The translations under genes were made by a program, and so were the position numbers. Positions 31,435 to 45,780 of a stretch of DNA of 64,000 nucleotides are shown in pieces; the first letter of the stretch is position 1, and each line of letters opens with the position of its first letter. Source of the DNA: Piromyces finnis finn (taxonomy: Eukaryota > Fungi > Neocallimastigomycota); contig MCFH01000055.1 in NCBI GenBank assembly GCA_002104945.1, positions 311,654-375,653 on the forward strand. The letters run 5' to 3'. The notes beneath the pieces are model-generated. The model had not been told where the DNA came from. It ran no database searches and was given only the letters and a program-made list of their open reading frames with translations.

Positions 31435-31657
31435 TTAATAAAAATAATTTAATTTAAAAAATCGTGATAAATTGCTTAATTTTTATTCTTACATGGTATA
31501 TTTCCAACTTTATTATATAATTATTATATAATTTGTATGGTAAAGAAAAAATTTGATATCATGAAAAGAGTGTTAAATATTATTTATAAAAACATTTATA
31601 AATATAGTATAGTATAATTATACCAAAAACCACTCTAGTTGAACGTTGATGACTCAT
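29282..31657 (-). CDS. RNA15: Cleavage/polyadenylation factor Rna15 / CstF-64
   Basis: RRM VVFVGNIPYDYTEEQLTEIF...[48 protein letters not shown], a hinge region, and the C-terminal LLMQVMSLTPDQLSSLPPDQRENIMAL. One junction requires an AT-AC intron. Confidence 0.94.
30706..31001 (-). other. AT-AC intron (296 nt, phase 1) in RNA15
   Basis: Joining ...AGA AAC T (ends 31002) to TG AAT TCC (starts 30705) restores the conserved R-N-L-N. The removed segment begins ATAAAC and ends AATAC. An in-frame TAA at 30712-30710 blocks upstream AG acceptors. Confidence 0.8.
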
Positions 31658-31849
31658 TTTTATCTTTAGTAATTAAAATTTTATTTAGAGTGAATTTGAA
31701 ATAAAAAAAAAATAAATACTTATAATTTATGTATTTAAAATATTAATATGAATAAATATGTAAAATATTAAAATTCATTTAATCTAACCTAACCCTAATG
31801 AAATTGTATTTTATATTAAAAATCTTTCTTTATTATACAATCATTTTAG

Positions 31850-31856
31850 CCAATCA
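31850..31856. promoter_or_regulatory. CCAAT box in the RNA15/ArgRS divergent promoter
   Basis: AGCCAATCA centred in the 392-bp head-to-head gap. Confidence 0.45.
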
Positions 31857-32049
31857 TATATAAAATACAAAAATTTTTTTATGTATTAATTATTCTTTTT
31901 TTAAATATTTTTTTTTCTTTGCACAAATAAATAATAAAAAATATATATATAATAAAAGTATTATAATATTTTTTTTATTTATAATTTACAATTATTGTTT
32001 TTATATATATATTTAAAATATATTCATAAAAGTGATAATTTAATACAAA

Positions 32050-34490
32050 ATGTTTTTAGTATTTGAACAATCTATTTTACCATACGCTGAAGTATTAACT
32101 TATCTTTTAGCTAATGTTGAAAAGAAATTAAAGGTTGGTTTAGCTGCTTATGATGCTGACAATTCAGTTGTTCTTCATATTTTACCAACCGAAGAAGATG
32201 CCAATAAAAAGATGTTAATTGGCAAATGCAGTGTTTCTAGATATTTCGCTAGAATTGCTTCAAAGCCATTATATTCTTCATTAACTTTACAAAATCAAAT
32301 TATTGTTGATGATGTTTTAGATAATATTAGAAATGGTCGTGTTTCTGAAGTTTTAAAGGTTATTAATGCTGCAAATGGTAATTTCATTCTTGGTAATGAT
32401 ATTTCATTAGCTGATATTGTTTCCTATGATTTCTTTAAGGTTAAACCACAAAAGAAATCCTCTGAAGCTTTCAACAATTGGTTTAATAAGATTGACTCCT
32501 TACCAGAAGCTGTTGAAACTGAAAAGATTATTAAAGATGCCCTCAGTACTGCTGATGTTAATGATATTTTCAAGTTAAAGATTGCTGAACAACTTTCAGA
32601 ATTATCTGGTGCTGAAAAGAAAGTTATTTTCAATTTATTAACACCACCAGCTAAGCCAGAATATGGAGATTACTCAATCCCAGTTGCTAGATTACGTCTT
32701 CAAGGTAATCCAGTTGCCTTAGCTAAAGAATTCAGTGAAAAAGTAAATATTATTTTTATTATATAATTTTTAAATAGTAATTAAATTTAAATCGAGTGAT
32801 TATAGTAATGAAAAATATTTATATATGTTTACGTATACCTTTTTTAATATAATATTAATATTAATTATTTTTCTTCGAATTTTTAATAATTTTACTTATA
32901 AATCAATATATAATATCAATATAAAAAAAATTAAACAATATCTCGTTATTAAAATCCTAATAATCATAGTTCCAAACCAATGAATTCATTACTGCTACTA
33001 ATTCAATTGGTATGTTCTTAAACTTCTCTATTTCTAGAGACACTCTTCGTGATGTTTTAATTCCAAGAGTTTTATCTTTAAAGGATAACTATGGTACTAA
33101 CGCTACTGGTGCTGGTAAGGTTTCAGTTGTTGAATTCAGTAGTCCAAACATTGCTAAACCATTCCATGCTGGTCATTTAAGAAGTACTATTATTGGTAAC
33201 TTTGTACAAAATGTCTTAAAGGCCAACGGTCATAAAACTATTGGAATTAACTACTTAGGTGATTGGGGTAAACAATATGGTTTATTAGCTGTTGGTTACA
33301 AGAAATATGGTAATGATGAAGAATTAGAAAAGGATCCAATTAAGCATTTATTCCATGTATATGTTAATGTTAACAGAGATGCTTCTGAAAACCCAGCTGT
33401 TCATGATGAAGCTAGAGCTTACTTCAAAAAGATGGAAGATGGTGATGAAGAAGCTCTTGCTTTATGGTCTAAATTTAGAAGCTTATCTATTGTTAAGTAC
33501 AAGGAAATTTACGCTCGTTTAAATGTCAATTTCGATGTTTACTCTGGTGAATCTATGTATTCTGAAGGTATGGTTGAAGTATTAAATCAATTAAAGGAAT
33601 TAAATTTATTAGAATTATCCGAAGGTGCTCAAATTGTTAACTTAAAGCCATACAAACTTGGCGGTGCTATCATTGCTAAGACTGATGGTACTACTTTATA
33701 CATTACTCGTGATATTGCTGCTGCTATTGAACGTTATCGTACTTACAAGTTCGATTCTATGTACTATATTGTTGGTGCTCAACAAGATCACCACTTCCGT
33801 CAATTATTCAAGATTCTTGAATTAATGGGTATGCCATGGGCTAGCCAATGTCACCACATCAATTTCGGTTTAGTTAAGAGTAAGGATGGTCAAATGAGTA
33901 CTCGTAAGGGTACTGTTGTCTTCTTAGAAGAAATTCTTGATGCCACTAAGAATGAAATGCATGATGTAATGAAGAAGAATGAAAACAAGTACAAGCAAAT
34001 TGAAGATCCAGAATATGTTTCTGATGTTGTTGGTATGTCTGCTGTTATGACTCAAGATATGATGGCTCGTCGTGTTAAGGATTACGAACTTGACTGGAAC
34101 AGAATGTTATCTTTCGAAGGTGATACTGGACCATACTTACAATATGCTCACGCTCGTCTTTGTTCTATTGCTCGTAACCAAAGTCAATATGTTATTGACG
34201 AAAACACTGATATCTCTTGCTTAACTGAAAAGGAAGCTAAGGATCTTATCAACATCATTTCTCAATACCCAGAATTAGTTAAGTCTATTCCAGCTCAATT
34301 AGAACCATGTATGGTTGTTTCATACTGTATGAAATTAGCTCATGCCGTTTCTCAAGCCTTAGAAGCCTTATGGGTCCAAGGTCAAGAAGAAAATGTTGCT
34401 AAGGCTAGATTAGCTTTATACGCCTGTGCAAGAATTACCTTACACAATGCTTTAAGTATTTTAGGTATTCGTCCATTAGAAAAGATGTAA
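32050..34490 (+). CDS. RARS1: Arginyl-tRNA synthetase with N-terminal GST-like extension
   Basis: Exons 32050-32742 and 32970-34490. Motifs: EFSSPNIAKPFHAGHLRSTIIG, NYLGDWGKQ, MSTRKG, GDTGPYLQYAHARL. About 165 extra N-terminal residues precede the usual fungal ArgRS start. Confidence 0.96.
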
Positions 34491-37400
34491 GAAGGGTTTT
34501 AATTTATATCTAGTGTGTATTTTATTATTAAGATAATGATCATATCACCATTATCACAGTAAGAAATAAAATAAAATATAAAAAAAAACACCCTTTTCCA
34601 TAAAGATATATTTATATATATATATATTTAGAAAACAATACCACTATAATTTTTTCTTACAACATTGAATCCTATTTATATTTCACTAGGATCATTTGTA
34701 TTAAGAAGTATTAATTAATGTATCAAATCATTTTTTTAAAGAAAAAAAAAATAAATAAATCGAATAATATTAATAAAAATTAAAAATAAACTAAAATCCT
34801 CTTCTTTATTTAATGTATTTATAATATATTATAAAATTTAAATGTTTCAATTTTCCAATTTTTCATTTATCAAGTATTTTTGAAATATTTTTTTATATAA
34901 AACTGTTGAAAAGTTCTTTTCTAATTATTTGTTTAAAAGATAAAAATTTATTATTTTTATAGGAAAATATATGCATATATATAAATTAAAAAATAAAAGT
35001 GGAGCGTATTAATAAATATAAAAAAGAGATCATTATAAATTCTATTTTTGGTCAATTTTTTAATTTTTTAATTTTTTTTTTTTTTTACCAAATTTAATAT
35101 ATTTAGTATACATTTAATTTTAATTAAAAAAATTTTTTTTTAAAGTGTTATTTATTCACCTTTATTATAGTTATTTATTTATTTATTTAATCCTTAATAT
35201 TTATCTACTTTTAGGTTATTGTATAATGTTTTATAATATTTCTTTAATATATAAATATTTCATTTTTTTACTACATAGTTCATTATTTAACTTATTTATT
35301 TATATTCTAATTATTATTATTATTATTTACTTAAATATTAATTATATATTCATTTACTTTTTAATGAAAATTGATTTTCATAATAATTAAGGTTATTGTA
35401 GTGATTAATTAATATCATTTAAAGTTTATGATTTAATAAAAATATATTTGAAAGATTTGATGAATTACCTCTTTCTTTTGCTATTTTTTATTTAAAAAAA
35501 ATCTTTAAATTTTATTTATTATAAATTATGAAAAAATATTAATTAAAAATATATATATATATATAAAATTTTTATAAAATTTTTGGGTAGTTAGTATTTT
35601 TTTATTGCTATTTTTCCATATTTTTTTCCATATTTAATAAATAAGAATTAATAATAAAGATGATAAACGAATAATTTTTCTTCATTATGTTATAATATCT
35701 TTTTTATATAAAAGGAAATTTAGTCATATTTTCCATTTACACAATATTTCTCCTGTATAAAAATGAGTATAAACAAGTTTTTGAACAATTTAATTATATT
35801 TAAATTACCATATATATTATGAATATATCAACATAATAAAAAATATTTAATAATTATTTTAGGATTTATTAACTATATGCATTTAATAGTATTATTTTAC
35901 ATATATTTTCATTTTCATTATTCCTGATTATTGTTTTTATCTTTATAAGATATAAATAATATCAATAATGCAATGTTAAACATTTTTATTCTTTTAAATA
36001 TTCATAAAATATTTGTTAATAATTTTTATTTAAAGAATATCGGGGGGGTTTATGTTATATAATAATGCAAAGGGAAAATTTTTTAGATAAAATAATTCGA
36101 AAAAAAAAGCTAGATGATTATGAAATATCCAATCGTTTGATAATGAAGTAATAACATTTTATATATTTATTTATTATTAAATTTTCCAAATAATAATAAA
36201 TTTTTTAACATAAAACAATCATAAAAAATATTAAATATATTAATAGTGTATAAGATTATTAATATATTTCGTATATAAGATTTGTACCATTACCACATTT
36301 TTTTTAAGTATTGTGATAATAAATTTAAAAAAAAAATTAATGGTTAAAATTTATTAATACAAAACAAATAATTATTCCTATTTGATGTTTCAAATATTGT
36401 TATATAATCATATATTATATAAACTTTATATAACATGATGATAAGATATACCAGAGCGGAATCAATAGAAACTTTATTGTAGAAACAATATTATTAATTG
36501 AATGGAATATAAGGTATTAAATAAAATTAATAATGGGATAATAATATTAAAGGATTACAATAGAATTGAAAAAAATTATTGTGTATGTCTCATCATGATG
36601 TAAAATAGATTAATATAAGAATTTTTTTTCATTTTTTATAAAAGCCTGTTCAATTATATTTGATATATATAGTTAAAATTATATTTACTTTTCTATAATA
36701 ATTGTAAAAATTAAAAATGTATATATATAATAGAAATAGATATTAACAAAAAATGAGTTTTACTAAAACTATTAAATATTTAGTTATTAATATTTTATGA
36801 TAATAGCTAAATATTATTGCTTTTTTTTTTTTTAAATTAATAATAGCAATAGTTTAATATTATTATTTAGAATGATATAATATTACTATTACTTTTCTTT
36901 TATTTATAATTAATAAAATTATAAATAATAATAGTGTTGTTCAAAAATTAATTTAAAAAAGGGAGATGTCACATAAAATTTCCAAACTATTGATTAAAAA
37001 AAAAAAAAGAAAGCATTTTGAAGTGTATAAATTAATAGGATTAATTAAATAAACATTATATATAGAAAGTAAATGATGAATGAAGTAATGACAACATTAT
37101 GGAATATTAAAATTTTAATAAACAATATTATATATATTTAAAAACTTTTAATTAATTAGGATAAGATGTAGGTTAATGATATTATTACAAAATTATTCTA
37201 TTATGTTATTACAATCCTTAAATACTTTTTCGGTGTACGTGTTGTTCCAATTTGGAATGGATGTGATGAAAATAGAGAAATATATTATTTATAATTTATA
37301 TTAATAATAACTATTAATATTTAGTATCTAGTATAATATGTATATAATAAAAATATAATATTAAATATATATTTATTATAAATACTAATTATAATTGGTA

Positions 37401-38234
37401 AAATAAATATTTTATTATTATTATTATTGTTTTATTTTATTTTTATTTTTATTTTTTTTTAATAATCATATAGTTTTTTACACTTTTTTATTATAATTTT
37501 TATGTTAATTTTTTGTCAATTACTATTATTCATTATAATATTCCTGAAAATATTTTCATTATATTAATTTTTATATTTGTGTTATTGCATTATATTTTTT
37601 GTTCAATAATATATGATTAAAATGTATTAATAATATATGTTGTATATACTATTCAAAAAAAGATCAAATTTAATATTTATTTTGTATATATCATTTCTTT
37701 TAATTATTAAACTTTAAATTTCGGTGTTACATTATTCTGAAATTTTTTTGATTGGCGTAAATAAATTAAATGATTTTTATATATGTAATATTTTAATTAA
37801 TATATTAATAAATAAACTTTTATGGAAAATAGATGTAATAATATTAACACATTAAAATATATTAAATAAACTATGGTATAGTATAAATGATTTCAAACTT
37901 TATTTAAAAAAAAATACAATGTTAATTAATATTATTTTATTAATTTAATATTTTTATATAGGCTAAAATTCTTATATATTATTTTTATTGCATTGAATTA
38001 ATTTATTAATACAAATAAACGTTAATAAATAAGAAAGATTAATATTATTAATTTTGAGGTGATAATAAAATAAAAAATAATTTAAATTAAATTCCATAAT
38101 AGTATTTTAAACATCAATAATATTAAAAAGTTAATAATATTTAACTTGGAAATAATAAAGATTAAAAATTAATAAACGTGCTGTATCATAAAATATCTTA
38201 ATATTATCATAAATAAAAATTTATTTAAGGGTTG

Positions 38235-38275
<41 letters not shown>

Positions 38276-38613
38276 TTTAAAGTTTATAAAAAAGCAGGAA
38301 AATAAAGAGAATAAATATTAAAATGTTTTAAGTATTTAAGGTGCTGATTATTCAAAAATAAATGATAATGAAATTCAATATTATTTATACAAATAAAAAA
38401 TAATAAATAAAATTTTTGAAACAAATTAACTATTGTAAAAATCATAAAGTTGTTTCTTACAATTTTCAATATTTTTTTATCTATAATGCAGTTATAAATA
38501 ATAATAATAATAATAATAATACTAAATACTAATGTATATTGTATATTATATTAAAAAAAAAAAAAGAATTAATCCTATAATTTTACAAGTTAATTAAATT
38601 ATAAAATTGGAAA

Positions 38614-41071
38614 ATGCCTAAACAGACAGGTTCTAAAAGTTACACAGATATTGAATTATGCTTGATATTTAAAGAAATAATATATTTATTACCATATAAA
38701 AAGAGTGAATGGGAAAATATATATGAACCATGTAAACGAGCAGTTGAAATGTATAATAAAACCCATAGGGACCAATTAATAATACGAAAAGCAAAAGCAA
38801 TAGCAAGAAAGTTTGAAGATATGACATATTCGTCAAAGAAAATTGCTACAAATGAAATAGGAAATGATAGTAAGTTTTTTAAAAAAAATTAATTCAAATA
38901 ATTCAAATATATAAATAGGTTAAATATAAATATAATTATCTCTTTATTATGTATTATATAATATATAATATAATTTAAATTAACTTAATTATATTATTCA
39001 TTATTATCCTTTATTAATTATTTAATTTATTTATGAAAAAAAATAAACATTATAATATGCAACTTAATTATTTTATCATAAATATTACCCTTAAAAGATA
39101 ATTATAATACTTATACTCAGCTTTGCCATATTGCAACTCAAATAAAAGCATTATGTAAAATTAATTATTTATTTAAAGAAGGTCAGAAAAACTATAACTT
39201 AAATAAAATAGTTATAAAACGTAGAAAAAGAATACTACAATCTATAAATTCAATTGAAAGGAATTATTATGATAAAAAATATAGTGAAGATATTGAAGAC
39301 AATTCAAGTGAAAATGAAAACTCACCAATTTTGAAAAATTCAAAGTTTATTATAAATACTGTTAATAACAATAATTTTAATAATTCAAAGAATTTGAAAG
39401 AAAATGAGGTATTGATTATCATATTTATTTAAGAGAAAAAAATCAATAAAAGCAAAAAACTAATAATAAAATATATTATTATTTGAAATATTTTAATATT
39501 TTTATAGAGCTATAATGTAGGTTGCTTGGATGAAAAACAAAACAGTGTAAAATGTAATGTTTCTCTACAAAAAATGGAAGATATAAAATATATAAAGTCA
39601 GGTAATAATACTTTTATTTCCTTCTACTTTTAAGTATTCTCTTTTCTTTTATGCTAATTATATATATAAATATGTAAATGTTATTATATATGATTTAGTC
39701 ATGAATGATATCAAAGAAAATGTTTGTAAGATTAATGAGAAAGATGATTATGATAAAATTATTGAACAAAGCTTAACTACTATGAAAACTATAAGTAAAA
39801 TATTGGATGATGCTATAATATTTTGTAATATGATTGCAAATAGATCAAAAAAGGATGAAGAAATTATTGAAGATGGTATTCTTATTTTCTTTTTTATTTA
39901 TTATTTTTTTCCTGTAAATATATTGAAGATTATTAAATAATTTATTTTATAATATCTTTTTTTTTTATTATTTTTATTTATTATTTCTATTTTTTATTTT
40001 TTTTTTTATTTTTTTTTTTTAAAAAAAAAATAAAAATAAAAATAAAAAGACTTTTCGGATGATGTTTCAGTATTTTCAGATAATGAAGATACTTATACTA
40101 ATAGTAAAGATACTATCGATAAAGATTTAAATGATGCATTTCGAATTATTAATGAAGATGAAAAATCTTGTGAAACTGTTTATGATAAAAGCTTTTCAAG
40201 TGATTATATCAATGATGTTGAAAATGAATATTCAGTATCAAGTGTACAACAAAATAAGAAGCGTAAATATAAGAATGCTGATTCTGATGAAAAAATATCA
40301 AATAATAATAATCATATTGATAATAATATGACAAAGATTAATAATACTAATAATATTAGCATTAATAATAATTTCAATAGTAATATAAATATTAACAATG
40401 ATAACAATAATATCAATAGCAATAATATTAATACCATAAATCATAATGCAAATGGAAATCTGAATATTAATGATAATATAAATAATCAAAATCAAAATAG
40501 CAATGTTAATGATACTCTTAATTATAATTATAATAATTTTGATATAAGGAATAACAATATTAATGTTAATACTAATAATAATACATTCTATGAACAAAAT
40601 TCAGCGAACTTAAATAATTCAAATGCAAGTAAGAATATAATGTATAATTCTCCTAATGGCAATAGTAATAACTCAGGCGGATATAATATCCAACAAAAAA
40701 ACAATTATAATAATAATAACCTTAATAATATAACTAATAGTACTAATAATGGAAATAATAATTATAATTATAATAATAATATTATTAGTAATCAGGCAAA
40801 CATTAATAATAATGTTCATAATTTTTATAATCAAAATTATATTAATAATTATAATAACAATGGTAATAATCCTAATATTAACCCCAACTTAAATAATAAC
40901 AGTATTAATAACTATAACAATAACAATAATTATAATTATAATATTAATAATATGAATACTGGTTATATTCAAAACAATAATATTATTTATAATAACATGA
41001 ACACATATAATAATAACCCTACTAACAATTATGCCAATTCAAATATGAATAATTCTTATTTTAATAAGTAA
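38614..41071 (+). CDS. Uncharacterised protein: Myb/SANT-like (DUF6818-like) N-terminus and long Asn-rich C-terminus
   Basis: Five exons join in frame with GT-AG introns. The N-terminal GSKSYTDIELCLI...LPYKKSEWENI...YN...RKAKAIARKFEDM fits the remembered DUF6818 pattern. The last ~250 aa are Asn-dominated. Confidence 0.6.
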
Positions 41072-42130
41072 ACCAAACTTTATTGTACATATTAGAAAGA
41101 TATATTTTTCATATTATAAAATATTATAAATACTTTAATTTTTTTAATAACAAAAACTTTAAAAAATAGAAATAGAAATGTAAATAATAATTAATATTAA
41201 TATGCAACAATTTAAAAAATGTATTAATTATTATATTTAAATAAGTGAGAATATAATATAAAATAGAATTTACAGTGAATATATAGAACTAGACTTTTTA
41301 TAGATTTTTAAATATCAATATATTTTGTCCTACAAAGATTTATCTATATTCATTAATAGTATATTTAAGAATAAATTTAATATATAATCTTTATTCACGT
41401 TTTTTTTTTTTTTTTTATTTTATTTTATTTTTTATTTTGTTTTAATTTTATTAGTGTTACAATGTTACACTTATTACTTTTTTAAACACACGTGATTTTA
41501 ATATTTAATTAAATATTAAAAGAAAATAATAATTATTTAAAAAATAGATGTATCATTTAATCCTTAATAATATTATATTGATTATAATATTGTTATAATT
41601 ATATTAATAATATATATATTAGAATATTTATTAATTTTATATATATATATATAAAAATTAAAATGGAATAAAGGAATATTAAAGTTTTTTTTTTAAAATA
41701 AAAAAAAAAATATAATATAAATTTCAGAATATTTTTAATTAATTTATATTATAGTGATAATTTACAACATATAATATGTTAGAAATTATATATATTTAAA
41801 ATTTTTATTTTCATTAAATATTAAATATAATAAATATTAACTATAATCTTTATTATTTATTTATTTTTTAAATATTGAAATTATTATTATTAACTTGTAA
41901 ATTTATGTATTAGGAAATTACAAAATAATTAAAAAAAAAAAAAAAAAAATAATTAAAGTAGCTAATTTATGTAAATTTAATTAGTATAATTAAAATTGGT
42001 TAGAGTATATAACAATAATGAAAAAGAAAAAGGAAAAAATATATATATATATATTAATAATAATTATTAAATAATAAAAATAAAAATAAAATGAAAGACA
42101 AGAAAATCTAGGTAATCACAATCATTATTT

Positions 42131-45034
42131 TTAAAGAGCTGGTTCTACATAATTCTTTACTAATTCCCAGTAATGTGCTGCGTTGAATTTTTCAAGAGTT
42201 TCTTGTACCTTATATTCTGTTGGACATGGTTTAAATTTAAAGCCATTTTTAAATAATCTTTCTTTAATACTTCCTTCCCATACAAGGAAACATTTATTTT
42301 CTTTCTTTTCTTTTGGTTGTCCATCGCTTCCTTTTTCGTCATTTCCTTCATCCTCACCAGTATCCATCTTTTTGGAATCAGACCAATCAATTCTACGTAA
42401 CATTAATTTTTTATATTGCTTAATACCTTTAGGTCCTCCTTCAACAACAACCATACATTGAGTCGGACAAACAATAACTATACCTGTAAGATAAAGTTGT
42501 TGAGCATTAATATCCACTTTATATCTTTTTTGTCCATCAGACAAATCATTCACCCTTTTAGGAGTGAAAAATAAAATAATAATAACAATAATAATAATAA
42601 TAATAATAATAGTAATAATAATAATATAATATAAAATTAGAATATATCATTATTATGATGGCATTATATTTAACTATTTAAATTTATATACACATTTTTT
42701 TTATTTTACATTTAAAAATTAACTTACTTAAATACAGCAACTTGAACTACTTTACTTGTATCCTCCATAAGTTTTTTTTTTAACTTTTCACGTTTTTCTT
42801 CCTTGGTTAATTTCTTTTCTTCATTATGTTTTTTATGAGCATCTTGTCTACTCTTCATTTGTTCACGAACTTGAGCTTCTACCTTGGTTGGATCTAAAAT
42901 GGCTTCATTACCCAAGACTCTCATTAAATTAGAAATCTTAACCTTTGGTTGATCGGGTGGTAATAATCCCATACGAATCTTATCTTGTTTATCACGTTGT
43001 TCTTCTAAACGACGTTGACGGCGAAGCTTCTTTCTTTCCTGTTACAGACATAATACAGATTATAATGATGGGAGAAAATAAACAAATAAAAAAGATAATT
43101 AATTTATCATATAAATAATATTTTTATTCATTCATTTAATTTTTTTAATATAACAATTCGTATTTATTGATTATATCAATATTTCATTTTTACCTTTTTA
43201 GTTAACATTAATGGTTTTGGTGGTGGTGGGCCATTATCTACTGGAGGACTTATTTGTACTGGGTGTTGAATATATAAAGTAATAATTGAACCATTATCGG
43301 TATCAAAATTAATATTTTCTTCAATAGGTTCTACAATTTCTGGATTCTTCATAAGAGGAGCATCCCACCATTCAATATTTGGAGGAGCTTCTTTCTGTTA
43401 TTCGTTAAAGAAAATAAATAATGAAAATAAATTAGAAAAAAAAGAAGTTACTATTATTTATACTAATAATATTATTTACTACTTTTCTTTTATTGCTATT
43501 ATTATTAGTAGTAGTAGTAGTAGTAGTAGTAGTTAAATTTAAAACTTTTTATCTTTGAATTTTTTTTTTTTTTTTACCTTGACACTCATATCAGATACTA
43601 AATCCAATTCAACATCCATACCTGTCTTTTTTACAGAATCTGCAATTTCTTGCTTTAACTTTTCTAAACGAGCTTGAGTTCTCATTTGATTAGCTTGTTC
43701 TATATATTTACCTTTTGCATTAAAACGTAATGAACGAGATACTCTAGATTTTGGAGCAATAGATTCTACTGCAAGATTTGGATCATAATATGGGTTTTTA
43801 GAAGGATCAGCAAATGATTCAATATTTGGCTTTTCTACTTTCATTTGTTTCTTTTTGTTGGCTGCTTGTGCTACACGTTGATTTGCTTTTGTTGTAGCAA
43901 AGTTAGCTTTCGGAATTAAATTAAACGGTATTTTACTGGTATCTGTTTTATCATTTTTTTCAAAAAGATGTTGTAAGGAAGGGTGAGCTTCAACTTTAAG
44001 ACCTAAACCTTTTCTGCCTTGGTCACGTTCAGGCTAATAAAACATATATATTATAAATTATAATATTAAAATATTAAGGAAATCTTTTAGTTAATTTAAA
44101 AATGAATTTTTTTTTTTTTTTTTTTTTTGAATTATAATAATAAAAATAATTACAGCTTGTGTTATATTAGCCTTAATAAAATTCGAGGAATACCGATAAT
44201 AATATATATATATAATAAAAATTAAATAATTAAAAAAAAATAATAATAATAAATTTAGATACTCATTATAGATTTCTTTGATTTCATTTTCAATATTTTT
44301 TTACACTTACAAATTGCGGGAAATTACTAAGTCTAGCCATAGCTCTTTCTTTAGCTTCTTGAATAATACGAGAAGTATTATCTAGTACTGGTCTAGCGCT
44401 AGTTCCAACTGGATTCATTGGCATGATGAAACCTCCAGTAGAAGAAGAAGAAGTATTAAGTTGTGGATTCTTTTTTTCCAAATCCTTTAATCTTTCTGAA
44501 ATTTGCTTTCTAATTCTAGCAATTTCATCATCTTGCTATTTTTTCAATGTAATTATAAAATGTTTGGATTTTATTTTATAAACATTAATATATAAAATAA
44601 ATAAATTGGTAGAATAAAAAATAAAATAAAAGTGAAAATAAATAAATAATTAAATAATAATAATGATAATAATAAAAAAAGTTATATATACTTTATAATA
44701 TTAAATTTTTAATTTAACATTGAAAAATTAATAATTTAAATTTCATTTCTATTTTAAAAACAGTTTTAATTATAAAATTGTATTTAAATTTTATATTATC
44801 ATAGACTATATCAATTTTAAATGTATAAATATTTTATAGTCTTATAGTCTTATATTTAAATTATTGTGTTATAAATGTAAAATATACTTATATAAGTATA
44901 AAAAAAAAAAAAAAAAAAAACATTGAAATTTATTATTAAAAATGTACCTCAGACTTTGTTTTTGGAATTCCTGGTTTAAATCTTTTCGCTTCGTTTTCCT
45001 GATAATCATAATTTGGTCTCTTTTTTTGATCCAT
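42131..45034 (-). CDS. PRP3: U4/U6 snRNP protein Prp3
   Basis: Multi-exon gene including an 18-nt micro-exon (ANITQA). Motifs: NPYYDP, RFNAKGKYI, NIEWWDA, PPDQPKVKISNLMRVLG, YKVDINAQQLYLTG, VVVEGGPKGIKQYKKLMLRRIDW, LVWEG. Confidence 0.96.
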
Positions 45035-45780
45035 GTTTTTATTTTTATTATTATATAATTTTGAATGATTTTAAAGAATTGATTTATTAAATATATTTAT
45101 GTATAAATAGGTATAGAATATATTTGATAATAGAATAGAAATAAAAATAATCTTGAAAATTGTTTAATTTTTGAATTGAACAAAAAGAAAAGAAATAGTT
45201 AAATAAAATAAAAGAGAAAAAAAAAATAAAATAAAACAAAATAAAATAAAAATTAATGGTTAGTTAACCTTTTTAGAGTATTATTATTATAAATGATTGA
45301 TATTAATTATCTTTATTTATTATTACTATCATTATTATTATTATTCCTTTAAAAGTATATTATTAACCAATTATATTATTAATTCCATATCCAAATTTAA
45401 AATTTTACTTTAAATGATAGTTTTTACTATAGTATTAACTAAATGTTTAAATTGAAATTTCTAAAATTGGTTTTTAACAACTTTTAAAATATTCAAGAAA
45501 AAAAAAAAAAAGAAAAAAAGCAACTATTATTTATATGATAAAAATTAATTTCTATATTAAATTTAAAGCCACATATTTTTATTTTTTTATTGAATTATAA
45601 ATATAAAATATTCATCTTTTTAAATTAATAAAAGTTAAGCCATAATAAATGAAATAGTATTTATGTGTAATCCACCTACAAATTTGACATTCTTTATTCA
45701 ATATATATAATATATATATTGTAGAATTTTTTTTTGAAATGAACACTATATATATAAATCTATTATCATAAATTTTCAAT

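Noticed and set aside
31784-31799. Telomere-like CTAACCTAACCCTAA (similar TTAGGTTAGG at ~51706)
   Set aside because: Only 2-3 imperfect units. It could be a telobox/Tbf1-type site but is not supportable from this window.
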